A stretch of DNA of 64,000 bases from Euglena gracilis (taxonomy: Eukaryota): positions 26,734,954 through 26,798,953 of the forward strand of contig CP154954.1 of NCBI GenBank assembly GCA_039621445.1, written 5' to 3'. The notes under the pieces were generated by a model. The model ran no database searches. It saw nothing but the letters and a program-made list of their open reading frames with translations, and was not told where the DNA came from. Numbering within the stretch: the first letter of the stretch is position 1; every line of letters begins with the position of its first letter. A program made the translations under genes and the position numbers. Shown in pieces: positions 49,301 to 64,000 of this stretch.

Positions 49301-52300
49301 TCGTGACCAGGGAATTCTTAAGGACCCCCGGTGGTCCAGCCTCCGGCTGGCAAAAAGGCGGCTGGCGGGAAATGGGCACGGGGGTTTTTTTTAAGACCGG
49401 GGGGGGGCCCCCCCCACCCACCCACCCACCCCCTGGGGGCCCCCCAGGGGGGGGGGGGGTCCCGGGGGACCCACAAAAAATGGCCGAAAAATTGCGAAAA
49501 GTGCTAAAAATAGCATTTTTTCGGCGCCTGCGGCGCCGAAAAGTATATCCCACCCCCCTCCGGGGGGACCCCCCGGGGGGGGGGGGGCTCGGCCGGACCC
49601 ACCCACCCTACCCCCCTCCCCCCCCTGTGTGCACTGTGGCTGTTTTTTTGGTGCCTTTTATCCCTTCTTCTGGCCTGGCACTGTTGTTCGCCTCTGGCAC
49701 TTTTTGTCTGTGTGCGTGGAGGTGGCCGGAGCCTGGCGGGACCCCCCCCCCCCCCGGGGGGCCCCGACTAAAAAAACCCCTGAATGAGCAGCTGGCTGGC
49801 CCCCCCGGGGGGGGGGGGTCCGGGGCTGGAGGAGGTTGGGCTGGGCTGGGTCGATGAAAAACAAAATTTTCTAAAACATTTTTGCCATTTTAGACATTTT
49901 GATGGATGGAGCTAGATCAAGGCTGGGGGCTGTGATGGAGGAAGCTGTGATGAGGGGGAAAAATGCATGGATAGGTGAGCTGGGCAGCCCAGTTGGCTGT
50001 CCAGCCTGCGGCCGGCTGGCCCGGCCTCCGGCCGGGCTGGACCCGACTTTATTTCACTCGACCCCTGGGGGCCCAGCCCGAATTTGGGCTGCTGGCTGGA
50101 TTTGAGCTGCTGGCTGGCTGGACCCCCCCGGGGGGGGGGGCACCCTCCGGCTTAAGAAATTCCCTGATGGTGACGTATCGTGGCGTACCAGTGACGTTAC
50201 GGAGATCAAAGATGAACGTCCTTCGCCCCAAAAGGGCCGTGCCTTGGCATTGCCGGAAAACAACAACCAAGGCGTCACCTGCCCAACCGGACACTGCAGT
50301 GAAATAGGAATACTGGGGCAGGGGCCGGGTGCGTGGCCGGACCACAGTCCGGCTGCGCATGGCCGGCTGCGACCCGTGGGCTGGCCCCCTCCCCAGACCA
50401 CGCTTCTCTTGACCAACCCCAGGGGGGAAGGGGGGTGCCTTGTGCTATGGGATGCCTGCCCATAGCAGGCACACCCCTTGGGGGGGGGTCAGTTTCGGGC
50501 CCCGGTGCCTCCCGGCCAAGGCAAATTTCTTTTAAAAATGGCCATTTTCGGGCCCCGGCGAGCCCGGGCGCCTTTGGCGCCGGGGGAGGGGGGGGTGCTA
50601 TAGCACCACCCACCCCAAACCCGCCCACCCCCCTTAGCTGCACTAAGGCTTCTTGTCTGTTTATGGCCGGCGCTAACTTCGCTTCTGGCCCCGTTTGCTG
50701 CGTGGTGAGTGGCCAGGGACCCCTTACACCAGTCCTCTTTTGTTGCTCCCCCTTGCCGGGTGAGTAACTCTGGTGTAATTCCAGCGCTGTAGGGACATAC
50801 ACTCACCTTGTGTGGTTGGTGTGGTTCCCGTGGGTGGGTCTACACCCTTGCGCCCCAGTGCCGCCCTTGCCTCCTGCCCTCTTCCCACTTTTCTGTGTGG
50901 GGGATGCATGGTGCAGGCACAACGCCATGACTTGAAAAATTCCAATGTGGCCTCACGGTCCCGCGGCTTAGGTAAACCCGGGTCACCAAGTCTCGGCCTT
51001 AGGGCGGGTGGCGGGTGGGTAGTGTGCTGCTGGGTACCAGTAGTTCCTTACATACTGGTACCTGCGCTCCGTGCCCTGTCCGGGGTTGGTTTGGGCGGTC
51101 CCACCCACCCACCCCCCCCCCCGGGGTCGAAAATGCCCAACCCCCTGCCCCCAGGGGGGGGGGTGCGACTTCCCTTAAAAAAAGCCTGCCCCCGGACCAT
51201 ACAAGTTTGCTGACCCCCAGGGGGAGGGGGAAAGGGGGTTTGGCCCCTTTCAGCTTCAGCAATGGCCAATGGCCAATGCTAGCACAAAAGATTGGGGGCA
51301 AAAGAGTCAATTGAACACCCACAATCCGCCTTCAAGACAGGGACTCGCTTTCGGGAGTCATTTTTGAGGTTCATTCCCAGATTCTCACACACTTGGACAT
51401 TTTCGACAAATAAACCCTCCTCCGGGGGGGGGAGGGGTGCCAACTAAACAAATAAGCCAACAAATGAAATGAGGAATCAGGAAAGCACCAGATCAGGAAG
51501 AGAGGTATATAGTCCAGCTGGAGCACAGGTGATGTGATGTGATGGGGGCATTGGTTGTGAAAGTGTGGGCAGATCAAGCGACAAATGCCGGTTGGTGGCC
51601 TGTTATTACCTTATGTGCACGAGCCTTTCACCTACTGCTTTGATGTCATCAAATGCCCCAGCAGAAGCGAATATCATACAGAGTGGACTGCAGGGGGCAG
51701 CGAGGACAGCGTTCCGCTGGTGTGGAAGCGACTCCCACCGGGGTTGGTTTGGCATTTGCACATATGGGCCCCGGGGTAGGGCAGGGAGGGACGGTGTCTG
51801 AGCCAGACACTACCCACCGGTTCCCCGTGTTTTGTTGTGCGGAGCGACGTCACGCAGACAAGCCCTGGCCGGCCCAGCCAGGCATATGACACCCCCTGTC
51901 ACCCTTATAGTGGCGGAATAGCGTCGCAAGTGACGGATGGGGCCGTTCGGAGGCTAGGCCCACTTTGAGACCTAAGAAGAAGAACAACCAACCTTTCCCA
52001 GCTGTCCAGTCTCAAGCCAGGGTCCCTTTGGTCCCCCCCAGAGCAGATTTTTGGGTTTTTGAAGGAATAGGATGAGGGTTGGGCCTAAGTTTAGACTCAT
52101 GCGCAGGCCTAACACTAATCTATAAATTAGGTCTAAGAGCCCAAGGCTGACCCCAACCCTGTTCTTTCAATAACCCAAAAATCCCCTCCAGGTCAAAGGG
52201 GGTATCAAAGGGTACACTTGCCAAAAACACACATAATATATATATGTGTGTGTACATACATACATATACATGCATACATACAATCCATATGCATGTACAT

Positions 52301-55300
52301 ATATGTGTGTATGTGTGTGTGTGTGTATTGCCCCTTCCACCATTTGCGGCAGTTTCCCCCTCAGGAGTTCCTCTTCCGCTTGTTCCCTCACGAGTTCCAT
52401 TTGCCAACGATGCCGACAAAGTTTGGTGAACCGCTGCAAAAAAAAAAGAATAGACTTGTTGTTGAACACTATTTGCAAATGCCAAAAAGAACTGAAATCC
52501 ACAATTGGAGCCCAGTTTCTTTACCTTCTTGAGCAATTTTTGAGTCTGTTTCAAAAGGGCAAAATCAGCAAATTGTTCCTGAGGGCTGGGCTGCAAATGA
52601 AACCGCTCCGGAGCACATGACAAACGTTTACCGAGTCACAGATAATTTTTTTTGCGGATCACAAAAGGGGGAAAAATAAGTGCAGTGGCATTGGATTACA
52701 AAAGACTTCATCCCATGGCAAAAACATGTCTGCTCATTACCAGAGGATGGAATGCCCATTTTTTTGCCAGTGGGTAAAAGAGAATCAGCAACCATTCCTT
52801 TCTACAACGCAAGCCTGGAGGAGTGTGAGGCAACCGTGCTGCAGGGTTGAAAGACACCAGCCAGTGCCCCAATCCCATTGGGGGCAAACACTGACCCTAA
52901 CCTTGCAACCTGCTGGTTCGTCAAATCAAACCAAACCACCCAAATGGGAACTTCCTGCATCATTGCCAAGGCAATGCACATTGGGTTCCAGCAACCATGC
53001 ACATTCCCATGGAAACCAGGCAAGGGCACAACAACTGGGCAAACCACGTTTTGCTATGTCAAGGACTCTGTCCAGACCAAGGGTCAGGAGGAGTGGTTGG
53101 GACCATAGAGACACTTGGTGACCCCCCCTTGGATGGGACCCAAACCCACCCACCCACTTTTTGAAAACCAAAACCACCAAAAAAAAAACCACCCACCCAC
53201 AACTCCGGGGGGGGGGTCAACACCACCCACCCACCCAGCCACCCAAAACCCAGCCAACGTCGACCGAAAATGCTGGAAAAAAATTTTCCGGCCTGGCCTT
53301 TGGCCGGCAAAAACCTGACCCGTGGCGCACCCCACTCGGGTTTTCCGCAGAGTGAAATCCGGGGGGCTTCTAATTGGGGGTTAAGTCAACAAGAGGCAAC
53401 CGGTGCCAAACAATGCATGCAATGCCCAATGGTGCCCAATGGTGGATTTATTGACTTCTTTACATCAGAGAAATGCATCCATGATGTGGAATGTAGCATT
53501 TTTGATCAGAATTTTTTAAGCAAATGTACACAGATCAGGAAGGATATGGATGGAGACTTTAAACAATCACTGTTGCGAAATTGCGACATTTTGCAGAATA
53601 ATTTTCGGAAATTTGCGGAAATAGTAAAAAAAAAAACAAACAAAGTTGATGCCAAGGTCCAGAACAAGCATATGATGGTTACTGCAGATTCGAGCGTGAG
53701 GCCAAAACCCCAGGAGGTGAGTAATCCGGATCTGGTTGACTTTTGGACCCCCCCCCCGGTCTCCCCCCTAGAACCTGACCGACCTGAACTTGACTGTTGA
53801 CTTCCCAGGATGTGCACCGGCTGGGGGACAAGTGGGAGCTACAGAGCGGTATGAAATAGACAGGGGACGACTGCCCAAAAGCGAGAACGGCCAGGGGCAG
53901 AGGGCAGCCAGAACCAAAACACTTCCGGCCCCTGAATTGACCCTGGAGTCATTGCGGAAGAATTGACATCCCGATCCATGCAAACGTGTGATTTTGACTT
54001 CAAGAATTGTTGCACTTTGAGCAGTTTTCCGCCTGAGGAAGAAGATTTTTGAATTATGGGCCGATAAATGGGCATTGTGGCATCAGACATTTCCCCCCCA
54101 AAAACCAAGTTCTGGATCAACCACTACGGCCGCTGGTTGACCCCAACTAGCTTGTTTTTTAGAGTTTTTTTTTTGTTGAATTTATACTTTTTTCTAAAGA
54201 AATGAAGTGTTGAGGCCCAAAATTTCCTTAAGCTCAAGTGACAATTCGATATTACCCTGCCTGAATATGTATATAGCCGCCACAAGAAATGAACAAATGA
54301 TGTTAGAAAAAAGAGAAATATCTGCCAACTGCCCTCCTGCCCCTGCTGGGACTACACTACAGGAGCACAGGCAGCACACTCCAATATTTCCAGTTCAGCC
54401 AAAAGCGTGCCTGCCAATGTCCCTGACAGCACCGCCATTGCGCAATGGCACAAGCCTTGGCAGCCAGATGGACCCATAATCTTCCCCTGGGAATCCAAAC
54501 TCTGTTGAACGTTCACTGGGATCCCAGTGGACAGTCTACACCCGTGTGAAGGTATTGGAATTTTCAATCCCTGCCAGGATGAAAGAGAGTGCCATTAGGC
54601 CTTCAAAAATCACAATCATTTCTGGTATTTGATCACCCCCCCCAAGTTGGAACATGGGGCCTGCCAGAAATGCTCAGGCACTTCGGCAATGTGCCACCCC
54701 CAGGGATGCAATGCAAACTGTCCGTTTGATGAAGCAAAGCTGCCCCCCCTTTCCCCTGACCAGGCAGAAATCCAAGGACACCCCCAGCAGGGGATGCCTC
54801 CTGGACAGGTGCTTGACAGCAGATCTAAGGGGGGGGTTCTGACTTGTCTGGGTGGAGGTGCTGGTCTCAAAGCAGCCACAGAAGGCTTGCCAAGGGGGTG
54901 ATGGGGGTGGGTGGAACGGTGCTGTACAGATGAATGGCGGTCCAAACTTCTGTTAGAATGGATCAGGCACAATGGAAAAGAACACAGGACAATTTGAGGG
55001 TGTGCAAGGGTGTGTAAGAGAATGTGGGGGGGGGGGCAATGGTTGACAGTGATAACTGAATGCTTGGGAAAACCAAAAATTTAGGGCGACAATTTTCAAT
55101 TATTTCTCACTAGCAGCTCTCAAATTTCACCTCCTGTGAGGGCTGTAAACCCCCCCCACCCCCACCCTCAGGGTTTTGGGATTTCTGTAAATTCCCCATG
55201 GCGCTCCTTGAGGTAAAAAAAAAAATCCTGTCTCAACACATTCAATGAAAAAAACAAAATGGTTTGGAAAATAATCATATTTTGGCAAAAAAAATGTGTC

Positions 55301-58300
55301 GATTTCGGGGGAAAAGGCTATTCCTTGCATCTTCACACATCGTCCATCCACCCAAAATATAAAACTGCACTTTTCGACTTCTTAATTTTTGACCCCGTTC
55401 GATCCCTGGATCGGCCGTTGGCCGTCCCTGGGGCCTGAAGATCCCTTTGGGGTGGACTTTGAAAATAAAAACCAACCTTCCCGTCCCTTATTGGCCGCCT
55501 TGACATCCCCTGCCCTTGCCCCTGTCTCAGAACATGGTGCCTACCTTAATGGCCACATGTAAGGGAAGTCCCTCTTGACCTTTCTTTCAAAATGGAGGGG
55601 CATCCACCCTTGGCAATGCCCTTTTGAACTTTTCATGGGTCATGTGGATTGGAACTGCAACACCGCCCCACAGTTTGCTTACTGAACCACGTCCCATTGT
55701 GGCAGTCTTTCAGGGGGGATCATTTGGGGGGTCCACAATGTTCATTTGTCCAAAGGTCATCAAAGTGGGGTGTGAACTCGGCGAAAGAAATCAATTTTGT
55801 GGGATGCCCAGAGAAAACAGAATTTTAGGCAGCAAGAGGGTATACAAAGCAATATGAGTTTGAATACAGGAAGCGGATGCTGCCACGCCACCTGGAATGG
55901 AAATTTCACTTTTGACAATTCATCTGGGTGATTGTCAAATTGGATTGTCAAATTTCATCAATGTACATGTGTCCCCTCTGCCTGGGAAACTGTCACCTGA
56001 CAGGTCGGCCAGTGCTGAGGACCCTGACAGCTTCCTATCATGACAGGTTGGCCAGCACCCAAGACCCTGACAGTTTCCAAGGAGGGGGGCCTTGACAGTT
56101 TCCTGGGGAGGGCATTTTAAGGGAAAATCAATGGAAAAAAAAAGACCCTGACAGGTTGGTCAGCACCAGGGACCCTGACAACTTCCTAAACTGACAGGTT
56201 GGCCGGTGACGGGGACCCTGACAGTTTCACGAGCAGGACCCTGACAGGTTCTCAGGCATGACAGTTTCCAATGGGAGGGAGGGAGGTATGTGTGCAATAG
56301 GTACGCACGTCCACACCTGCTCCCCCCCAATCTAACAAACGTCCTGGTCCCTGTTCGGATCACAACTTTTGTCACCTGGAATTTCATATTATGCATGAAT
56401 ATCTGTGCACATATCTGCAGGGGGGGGGGAATGCGCTCGCCCGGCCTCGGAAAAAATGCGCAAAAATGCGCAAAAAAATGCGCAAAAAAAATGCGCAAAA
56501 ATCACGAAAATGCAAAAATTACCCAAAACCATGCAAAAATGGCACCAAATTTGAAGAAATTATGTAGAATAATGAGGAAAATGTAAGTTTTAAAAAAAGT
56601 CGAAAATTTCAAATTTTTGCAAAAAAAATTGCAAAAATGGTCAAAAAATGCGAAAATTTTGGAAAATCACGAAAAAATGTGCCAAAAAGCAAAAAAATGC
56701 GCTGAAAAAAAAATGAAAGAATGCGCAAAAAATGCGAAAAAAATGCGCATTTTGGAAAATTTGAAAAAATGCGCAAAAACTGCGAAAAAATGCGAAATGC
56801 CCCTGTATCTGTATACATTGAAAATAACACATTCTTGGTCTATGCATTGTTGCCAGGCTATTGCTTAAGGTCCCCAGGAGGGTCACTGGTTAGCCATTTC
56901 ACTAGACACTGGAAAAAAGGAGCTAGACCAGCCACCCCCCCCCAGGAAAAATTTTTTCTCCAGGAAAGAAATGAAGTTTTTAATACATTTTTTGGCTGAT
57001 TTTGCAAAAATCCCAAAAATGGCCAAAAATGGGCCTGTTTGGCAGGTTTTGGGAGTCCTCCAAAAAATTGCGGCACTTCGCGCCGGTCACTGTAAAAATT
57101 GCTAGCGGACCCCCTCCAGGGAGGTCATTGGGATTTCGCTCGCCAAATTTGGCCTACTGTGAACCAGGCTTCTTTTTAAGTCCCCCGGGGGGGGGGAGGG
57201 GGGGGGGTCCCCCCCACCCACCCAGGGTGGCGCGGGCCCCCCTCCAAGGGGGGGGGGGTCCGGGGACCCCCCCAAAATCGGGCCCGTTAAAGGCAATTTT
57301 CAAAAATTTTCGGCACTTCGCGCCGAAAAGGTATACCCAGCGCCTCCGGCGCGGGACCCCCCCCCCCCCCTGGGGGGGGGGGGGTCCGGCCCGGACCCAC
57401 CCACCCACCCCCCCTCCCCCCCCGGGGGGGGGGGGGGGGGCGGGGGACTTAAAAAGAAGCCTGCTGTGAACCCTTAAGCAATGGACTGATTGTTGCAAGA
57501 AAACTGTTGCACATCAAATTTCGAGAATTTGATGCAACCCTTCATTGATATGGTAATTTTTTGAAATGATTGTTGCTTCTGTGGCATATTGAAGGTTTTC
57601 AACAGCAAGCCTTGTCTGCAATTCTTCAAAAGAATTATGCAGCCTTGGGGCATCAACAGCCATAAATATATCTGGCCTCTGGGTGAGGAACCAACTTTGA
57701 AGGAGGCCAAGTTTCCACATGATCGTTAAAAAGGAATATGAGGCTAAACTGTGAGGGAAGATAACAGCCCTGGGTTTGAGAAAACTGAATGTTGGGCTCA
57801 TTACAGACGGCAGAGAGGGGAGTGGTCAGCGTTCGGCGGGAACGCTGTAAAAAGGACCCAACGGGTGCCGCTCTACAACAGAAGGCGCAAAATACTTTAA
57901 AAAATGCGGGAGCACCCTTTGTCCGACTCTTCAAAATGGCACACTGACATGTGAACACCCAGGGCTCATGTACCCCCCCCTTTGCCCACCGACCGGGTTC
58001 CTATGACCCCTGACCGGGGGGGGGGGTCATACACGCCACCCAACCCACCACCCCCGACCAGGGGGTGGTCGGACGGCTGAGTACAAAAACAAAAAAACAA
58101 CCCAGTTTTCAAAGCCACCTACAACCCCGGCCAGGGTGGTCGTATGTACCCCCGAAACTGTATCCCCCAACTGGGGGGTGGTCGTTGTTCATGGGTGGTT
58201 AGCGGGCAAAGGAAGGAGGTATGGGGGCTGTGGTGAGTTGGGTGGGATGACATTGGAACCTTCAAGAAAATTATGGATGACTGCAGAAAAGCTCATACTG

Positions 58301-61300
58301 AGAACACATTTCCACTGAAGAGGAAAAAATCACCTCAGGCTCAAAGTGCCAATTTTTTCCAAGTTGAAAAAAAATTCCCAGCAGAACTGGGGGGGAGGGG
58401 CAAACTTGGCACGAAGGGTCCCCTTGGGAACAAAAAAAATCATAGGGGAGCTGAGGGAAAAGTTTGGCGTAGAAATCGGCACCCCCCAGAAAAATGGAAA
58501 GGCCTGGTGGGGGGCCAGGGATGGATGGGAAGCCTTGAGGGTCGGACCCCCCCCCCTCCTACTCGAAACTGAGGGAGGGCCGAAAATTTTTCGATTTCAT
58601 GGACGGGCAAAGGGCCGGAAATCTGTTTGAAATCGGTCAAAAATCCCTGATTTTTCTTTGAAAATCAATCCAAAAATGCTCATTTTTGAAATTTTTTGAA
58701 CATTTTTTTGGGGGGGGGGAACACCAACACGTCAAAAAGTGGGCAATATGTCCAAAAGTCAGCAAAAGGGGGGGTTTTGCTCATTTTCCGGCGCTGTGCG
58801 CCGGAAGAAAATTTTCTGCTATTTTTGGCACCTGTTAAGGAGGGGTGGTCCGCCCCCCCTACCACCTTATCCCCCCAGGGGGGGTGGGGACCCCCCCCCT
58901 ACCACCTACCTCAATACCGGTTGGCTCCCTGGGGGGGGGTCCCCACCCCACAGCGGTCCTTTACAAAATTTAAAAAAAAAACTCCGCTGTTCCAGCACAG
59001 TCAATGGAAAAAAAACCAGGGAAGTGGGCAAGAAAAATTGGTATTTTCCGGCAAGAAGAGGTCGAAACCAGGAAAAAAATAATCCCTGGCATCCTTGGAC
59101 TATCGCCCATCCACCCAAATCATCAAAAAATGTGCATTTCGGCTTTTGAGTTTTTGACCCCGTTCAAGTCCCAGTCCAGCCCTTGGTCGGCAGAAAGGGG
59201 GGGGGCAGTCCTTAAGAAAACGAAAAAAAACTTTCCTGACCCTTCCGGTTTCAAAGGACCGCCCTGACCCCCCCCCACACACAGTTCTGTACAGCCCCTG
59301 GCAAATTCCGCCAAAAATCAAAAAATACACAAATGCAGAAAAGGCGCTTGTGCCCTCCCCTGCCTTGAGACCCATTTGACGAATTATCAGAACGCATTGC
59401 GTCATCCATTGGGTGGATCTCAAGGAATCATTATTATTATTTTTTATTAAATTATTTTTCACGGCGGGAGGGGTCCCAGCTCAGCCCACCCCACGATGGA
59501 TGGGGGTCCCTCTTTTTTTTCAGTGCGAAGAACTAACATTTTTGGGACAAAATTGACCCCCAAATCCCCTGTCCCACCCCAGGGGCTGGTTTGGTGCCGA
59601 CCCCCCCCCCGGGTCCTTAAAAAAAATCTCACACACCTCATCCATTTGATATTATGCATTTGAACCAATTTCTTTAAAAAAGGGTCGGACCAAAATGAGT
59701 TCCATCTGTTTCGACGAAAACCAAATTAAAAAAAAGTGCTGGGGGGATCGCTGGGGGAGGACCTGAACCAAAACCTCACAGAATAAAAAACCACCAAAAT
59801 GAGAAGATGCCTTGTTCAAAAAAAAAAGAAACCCAACATTACACCGCTTCGCAGACGCTCAATCCACCTCCATCATTTGCAGCAAAAGGATGAAATGTGA
59901 AATGGGGATTCCAATGTACATCAAAAGGACTGGTGTGCTGACCTCCGCTCAGGATATCACCTGACGGCATCCCACATACCAACCCCCAAGGGAAACACAT
60001 CTCTGGATTGCCAATTCTCAGGTAGCAGTCCACCCCTCTCGACCTGTTGACTTCATAGTGGGCATTTTTTTAAAAAAAACAATGTGTTTCTTGAAGAAGA
60101 AAAAACACCAAAAAAAACCATTAAAAAGACAAAAGGGAAATTTCTTTGAAAAAACTCGTTATGAAACACCCAAACCATACTCTTTAAGATAAGATACTTT
60201 GAATCCTACTAAGTTCAAAAACTGCCAAAACATGGGTCAAAATGCAGAAAAATGCAATTTTATGACGTTTTTCATGTTTGTGGAAATGAGTTTTTGGCAG
60301 AAAATACCCAGAGGTTGCCAAAATGATTGAAAATAAACATATAAAATTTTTTTGTGCAAAACCTCATGGGCGTTTTTTTGTTTTTTTAATATTGTCAAAT
60401 TTTAAAAAAGCAAACAAAAAAACAACCTCAATAAAAACAGGCTGCCCACAATGATTAACTTGTCAAATTTGAACTCCGTTTGATAACGAACGTGTTGTGA
60501 GGATTTCATAAATAATCAGAGCTGGAAGCGGAAGCCACCTTGGGGTGAACACCAGATGACCCTCATCCAGATAACCCTCATTGCAGGAGGAGGACTCGCA
60601 ACGGGCATCCAACCTTGAAAAGGATGGTGGTGACCCATTTTGCAGGGAAGCCTTTTTACCCTTCATTTTCCAGGGAAGCCTTGAGAAAAATTGCAGGAAA
60701 ACTGCGGGAAAAGAAAGAGGAAAAATGTGTGGGGGAAAACAGAGGGAAAATTGTGGGAATTGCAGCTATTTTTGTCAAATTGGTGATTGCTTTGAGATGT
60801 TATTGACACTTTTTCCAACAAAAAACCCAGACAAAGGATTTTGTACTTTCTGGAACACACTGATTTCAGAAATAATTATAAATAATTTGTAAAAATTGGC
60901 AAACTTTGGCAAATTGGCAACAAAATATCAAAAAAATGCACCAGGGTTCCCTCATGAAACGCTCAAGGCATGGCCGGAACTCACTTCGCCATCCGTTTCA
61001 GGTTCATGCGGAAAAATTGTGGAAAAGCTTCAAAAATGGTGGACAACTGCAGAAATTGCGGGAAAATTGTGGTTATCAATTCCCCACCCCTGCATTTGAA
61101 CCAACTGAATGTGACCCGAGAGAACCGAAACCCAAAGCCAAAATCGCAGCTTCGCTCACTCCACTCATTCATTCCACTCATTCCACTCCACTCATTCCCT
61201 GCCCAAGCACCCAAGAGTCAAAAAATTCCTCAAAAGGGCCTCATCATGGCGTTGATTTTTTCCCAAGAAATTCCGGGAGTCACCCTGGCGGAAGATACCT

Positions 61301-64000
61301 CGGGCCAAGCCAGGGCTTTCAAACCCAAACATTGGCACTTGGGTCTGCCTGGGCGCGGCAGGGGCATACGCCGCGTGGGAGAGAGGGCTCGAGTTAGGCC
61401 AGATGCCCATCTGTGGTTGCGACAGGGTGCAAATCTGCTGTTGGCTCACCAAAAAAAAGGAATGCTGAGTTCAAGCCATTTTTTCTGTGCGAGCTGAGGG
61501 GTTGAAAAAAGGTGCTGGTGCAACCCGGGGGGGGGGGGGGGTGCAGGATCCCACCGGCTGCCAGGGTGGACCAGGGTTCGATACAACGGCAGGTGGGGGG
61601 TCGATGAGGTGACCGAAAATATTCACCTCCCAAAATCTGCAGAATGCTATTTTGGAGACTTTTGGGGGAAAAAAACTGTCAAAAATGCGAAAAATTTTCG
61701 GTGGAAAGCACCAGAAGGGGGAAAAAACCGGAAGGAAAAGACCTTTTGGGGTGGGTCCCGGGCAGGGGTTTTTCAAGACAGGGGGTGTCCGCCATGCTTG
61801 TGCTTACCAACCGGGGGGGGGGAGGGGGGGGTGGGGGCTATAGGGTGCCTGCCCCTAGCAGGCACACCCCCCCCGGGGGGGGGGATAGGGGTCCGGGCCG
61901 GACCCAGAAAATTTTCATTGAAAATGGCCTTTTCCGGGCCCCCGGCGCCTTCGGCGCCGGGGTCGGAGGGGGGTGCCTGCTAGGGGCAGGCACCCCCCAA
62001 AACCCTACCCCCCCCCGGGGGGGGGGGGGTCGGATCGGGTGCTATGGGGTGCCTGCCCCTAGCACCCGCCCCCCCCCCCCGTGGGGTAGGCACCCGACTA
62101 AGCACAAGCCTGGTGTCCGCCCTCTCACCTGGTCCAGGAGGAGGGCACCCCTCCACCGAAACCCCTCACACCCTCCTTGCACCCTTACACCCTACACCCC
62201 ACTTTTTACACCCTCCTCTAGGGGTTTCCTACTCTAAACAGTGTCAAAAGGCGCAATAGACGACCAGAGACCGTGGAAAAAATAAAAATTCCACGACACA
62301 CTCTTCTGATACCTGATTTGGTGGGCACCTCATACAGAAGGTGTTGGAACTTACAGCCAGAATTGATTTTTCTTCACATTTTCGGATTTTTTTTTGGAAA
62401 AAGCATTTTCTTTTGGCCCAGTCCAGTTGGGTTGGAACTTTTTTGAGTCAAAAACCCAGGTCAAATCCAAAAATACCTCAAACAGCCAAAAATAATAATT
62501 TTAGGCCATTTTTTGCCCCTTTTGAAAGAAAAAAACAAATGGCGATCCGTGTTATTTTTTTTTAGGTCCAGAAAGTCCTGTGCTCTTTCTTTCATTGAAT
62601 CTTTCATTGAATAAATAAATAAAAGTTTCCATCAACTGAGGACAAAAAGAAGCCAAGGACGGACCCTTTTTGAAACGACATTACAAGTTTGCCCCCCATT
62701 GAGGTTGCCTGTCTGGCATCTGTTTTGCTGGAGGAAGCCGGGCTGCTGTTCGCTGGCGAGAAAGGTGGTCGGCCAGCTTGGTTAACGACATGACAGCCGC
62801 TTCATTGTCCTCCCAGCCAGGCTTCTCTTCTCTGACCCCAGGTGGTCCTTGCCCAAAGCACCACCCCCAGGGAGATGCGCAAAACCCCCCTTCTCTGTTT
62901 TTTTTGGTGGTGGCACGTTTTCGGCGATCCACAGAGACGATGCTTTGCAGCCCGAATATCACAAAAAACACACACACAAAATTGAAAAGGGGGCTGATTG
63001 GCAGTTCCTGGTCTGAGAGTCCGTGCAGGGGAAAGCAAAAATCTCAGAAACCTCTTTCATGGGTTTTTACCAGTTTGAAAAACGAAAATTAGGGGCCGGT
63101 GTTTTTTTGTCTAAGGGCGAAGCGGGACAAAAAAACATGGACACCTTCGTTGCTGTGTCCATTTGTTTGAGATTGAGCATTGTCCAGGCTTCTGCTTAAG
63201 GGTTCAGCACCCCCTGGAGGGGGGGGGGCTCAACTGCAGCTTGTCCAAATTTGGCCAGTTGGAATTCTGTTACAAAAAAAAACCAGCCCCAACCGAAAAC
63301 ACGAAACAAAGGCGAGAATTGCAGCAGAAAAGAATATCTCTTTGTTTGCCTGACCTGAACATTGATGGTGCCTGGCCTGAACATTGATGGTGCTTTGACA
63401 CTCCCCATCCCAAAAACCGACCCCCTCCCAGAAGAGGGGAAACTTTGAAAATGCCAGTGGCGGGGTCACATTCAAAAAAGCCTGCTCCCTGCAGCGCATT
63501 TCCTTAGCCCCATGGGCATAGACACAGGTGTCCCCGTAAGGGCACTTCCCAGTCTCCTTCCAATTGCGACACAGGCGCGTCTTGTACTTGTTGTGGTCCA
63601 CTGAGTGATCATCGTGATGGGTGCCCGAAACCTTGGCGGCCTTTGCATTCCTCTTGGCCTTGGTCTCAGGGTTGGATACGCCCAACCCAGAAGAAACCAG
63701 GATTCTTTCCTTGGAAAAAAAAGAGGGTCAAAAATAGGGGGAAATGGCATTTTCTCCGCAAAATTTTGGCTTAACAATCTCAACCCAGCTGGATTGGAAT
63801 TTTTTCCGCCAACTTTTCAGAAGCTGGTTGGACTCCCTGGCTAGCCAATCGGCTAGACACTGGAAAAAAATGGACCAGCTAGACCCTCTCCTCCCCCGGG
63901 GGGAAGGGGGGCACCCCCAACTGGAAAAAAATTTCCTCCGGCGCTGTGCGCTGAGGTGGAAATGAGGTTTTTAATAGGTTTTTGGCTGATTTTGATCCAA
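41919..64000 (+). repeat. Long direct segmental repeat, copy 2 (right end cut by the window)
   Basis: Colinear with 1-22127. All MITEs, satellites and CCCH exons listed for copy 1 recur here at an offset of about 41.87-41.92 kb. Confidence 0.97.
63488..63682 (-). CDS. CCCH zinc-finger exon, second copy
   Basis: Identical finger. One nonsynonymous change upstream (RNEKAAK to RNAKAAK). Confidence 0.88.

Overview
Repeat-dense eukaryotic nuclear DNA with no prokaryote-like gene density. The nonconventional-intron signature and poly-G/C-rich MITEs suggest a euglenid such as Euglena (inference). Bases 1-22127 recur near-identically at 41919-64000 (period about 41.9 kb), and a ~3 kb segment is duplicated at 26561-29580 and 30959-33977. 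The only well-supported host gene is a minus-strand CCCH zinc-finger gene, present once per long repeat. Its best-supported intron has no GT-AG ends; it is a CAGG...CCTG inverted-repeat element plus one copy of an 8-bp target-site duplication (TSD), the same architecture as the many free hAT-like MITEs in the window. The middle region holds a decayed LINE (RT and RNase H) interrupted by MITEs and two convergent DIRS remnants. A complete 1,022-bp TRIM sits inside the DIRS methyltransferase region; it has 333-bp TG...CA LTRs carrying a tRNA-Val(CAC)-derived Pol III promoter, an iMet primer-binding site, a polypurine tract and a 5-bp TSD. Also present are a 19-bp palindromic satellite nested in a 163-bp tandem array and foldback elements built on a TTGCGC-N4-GCGCAA palindrome. 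Most ORFs in the supplied track are spurious translations of repeats.
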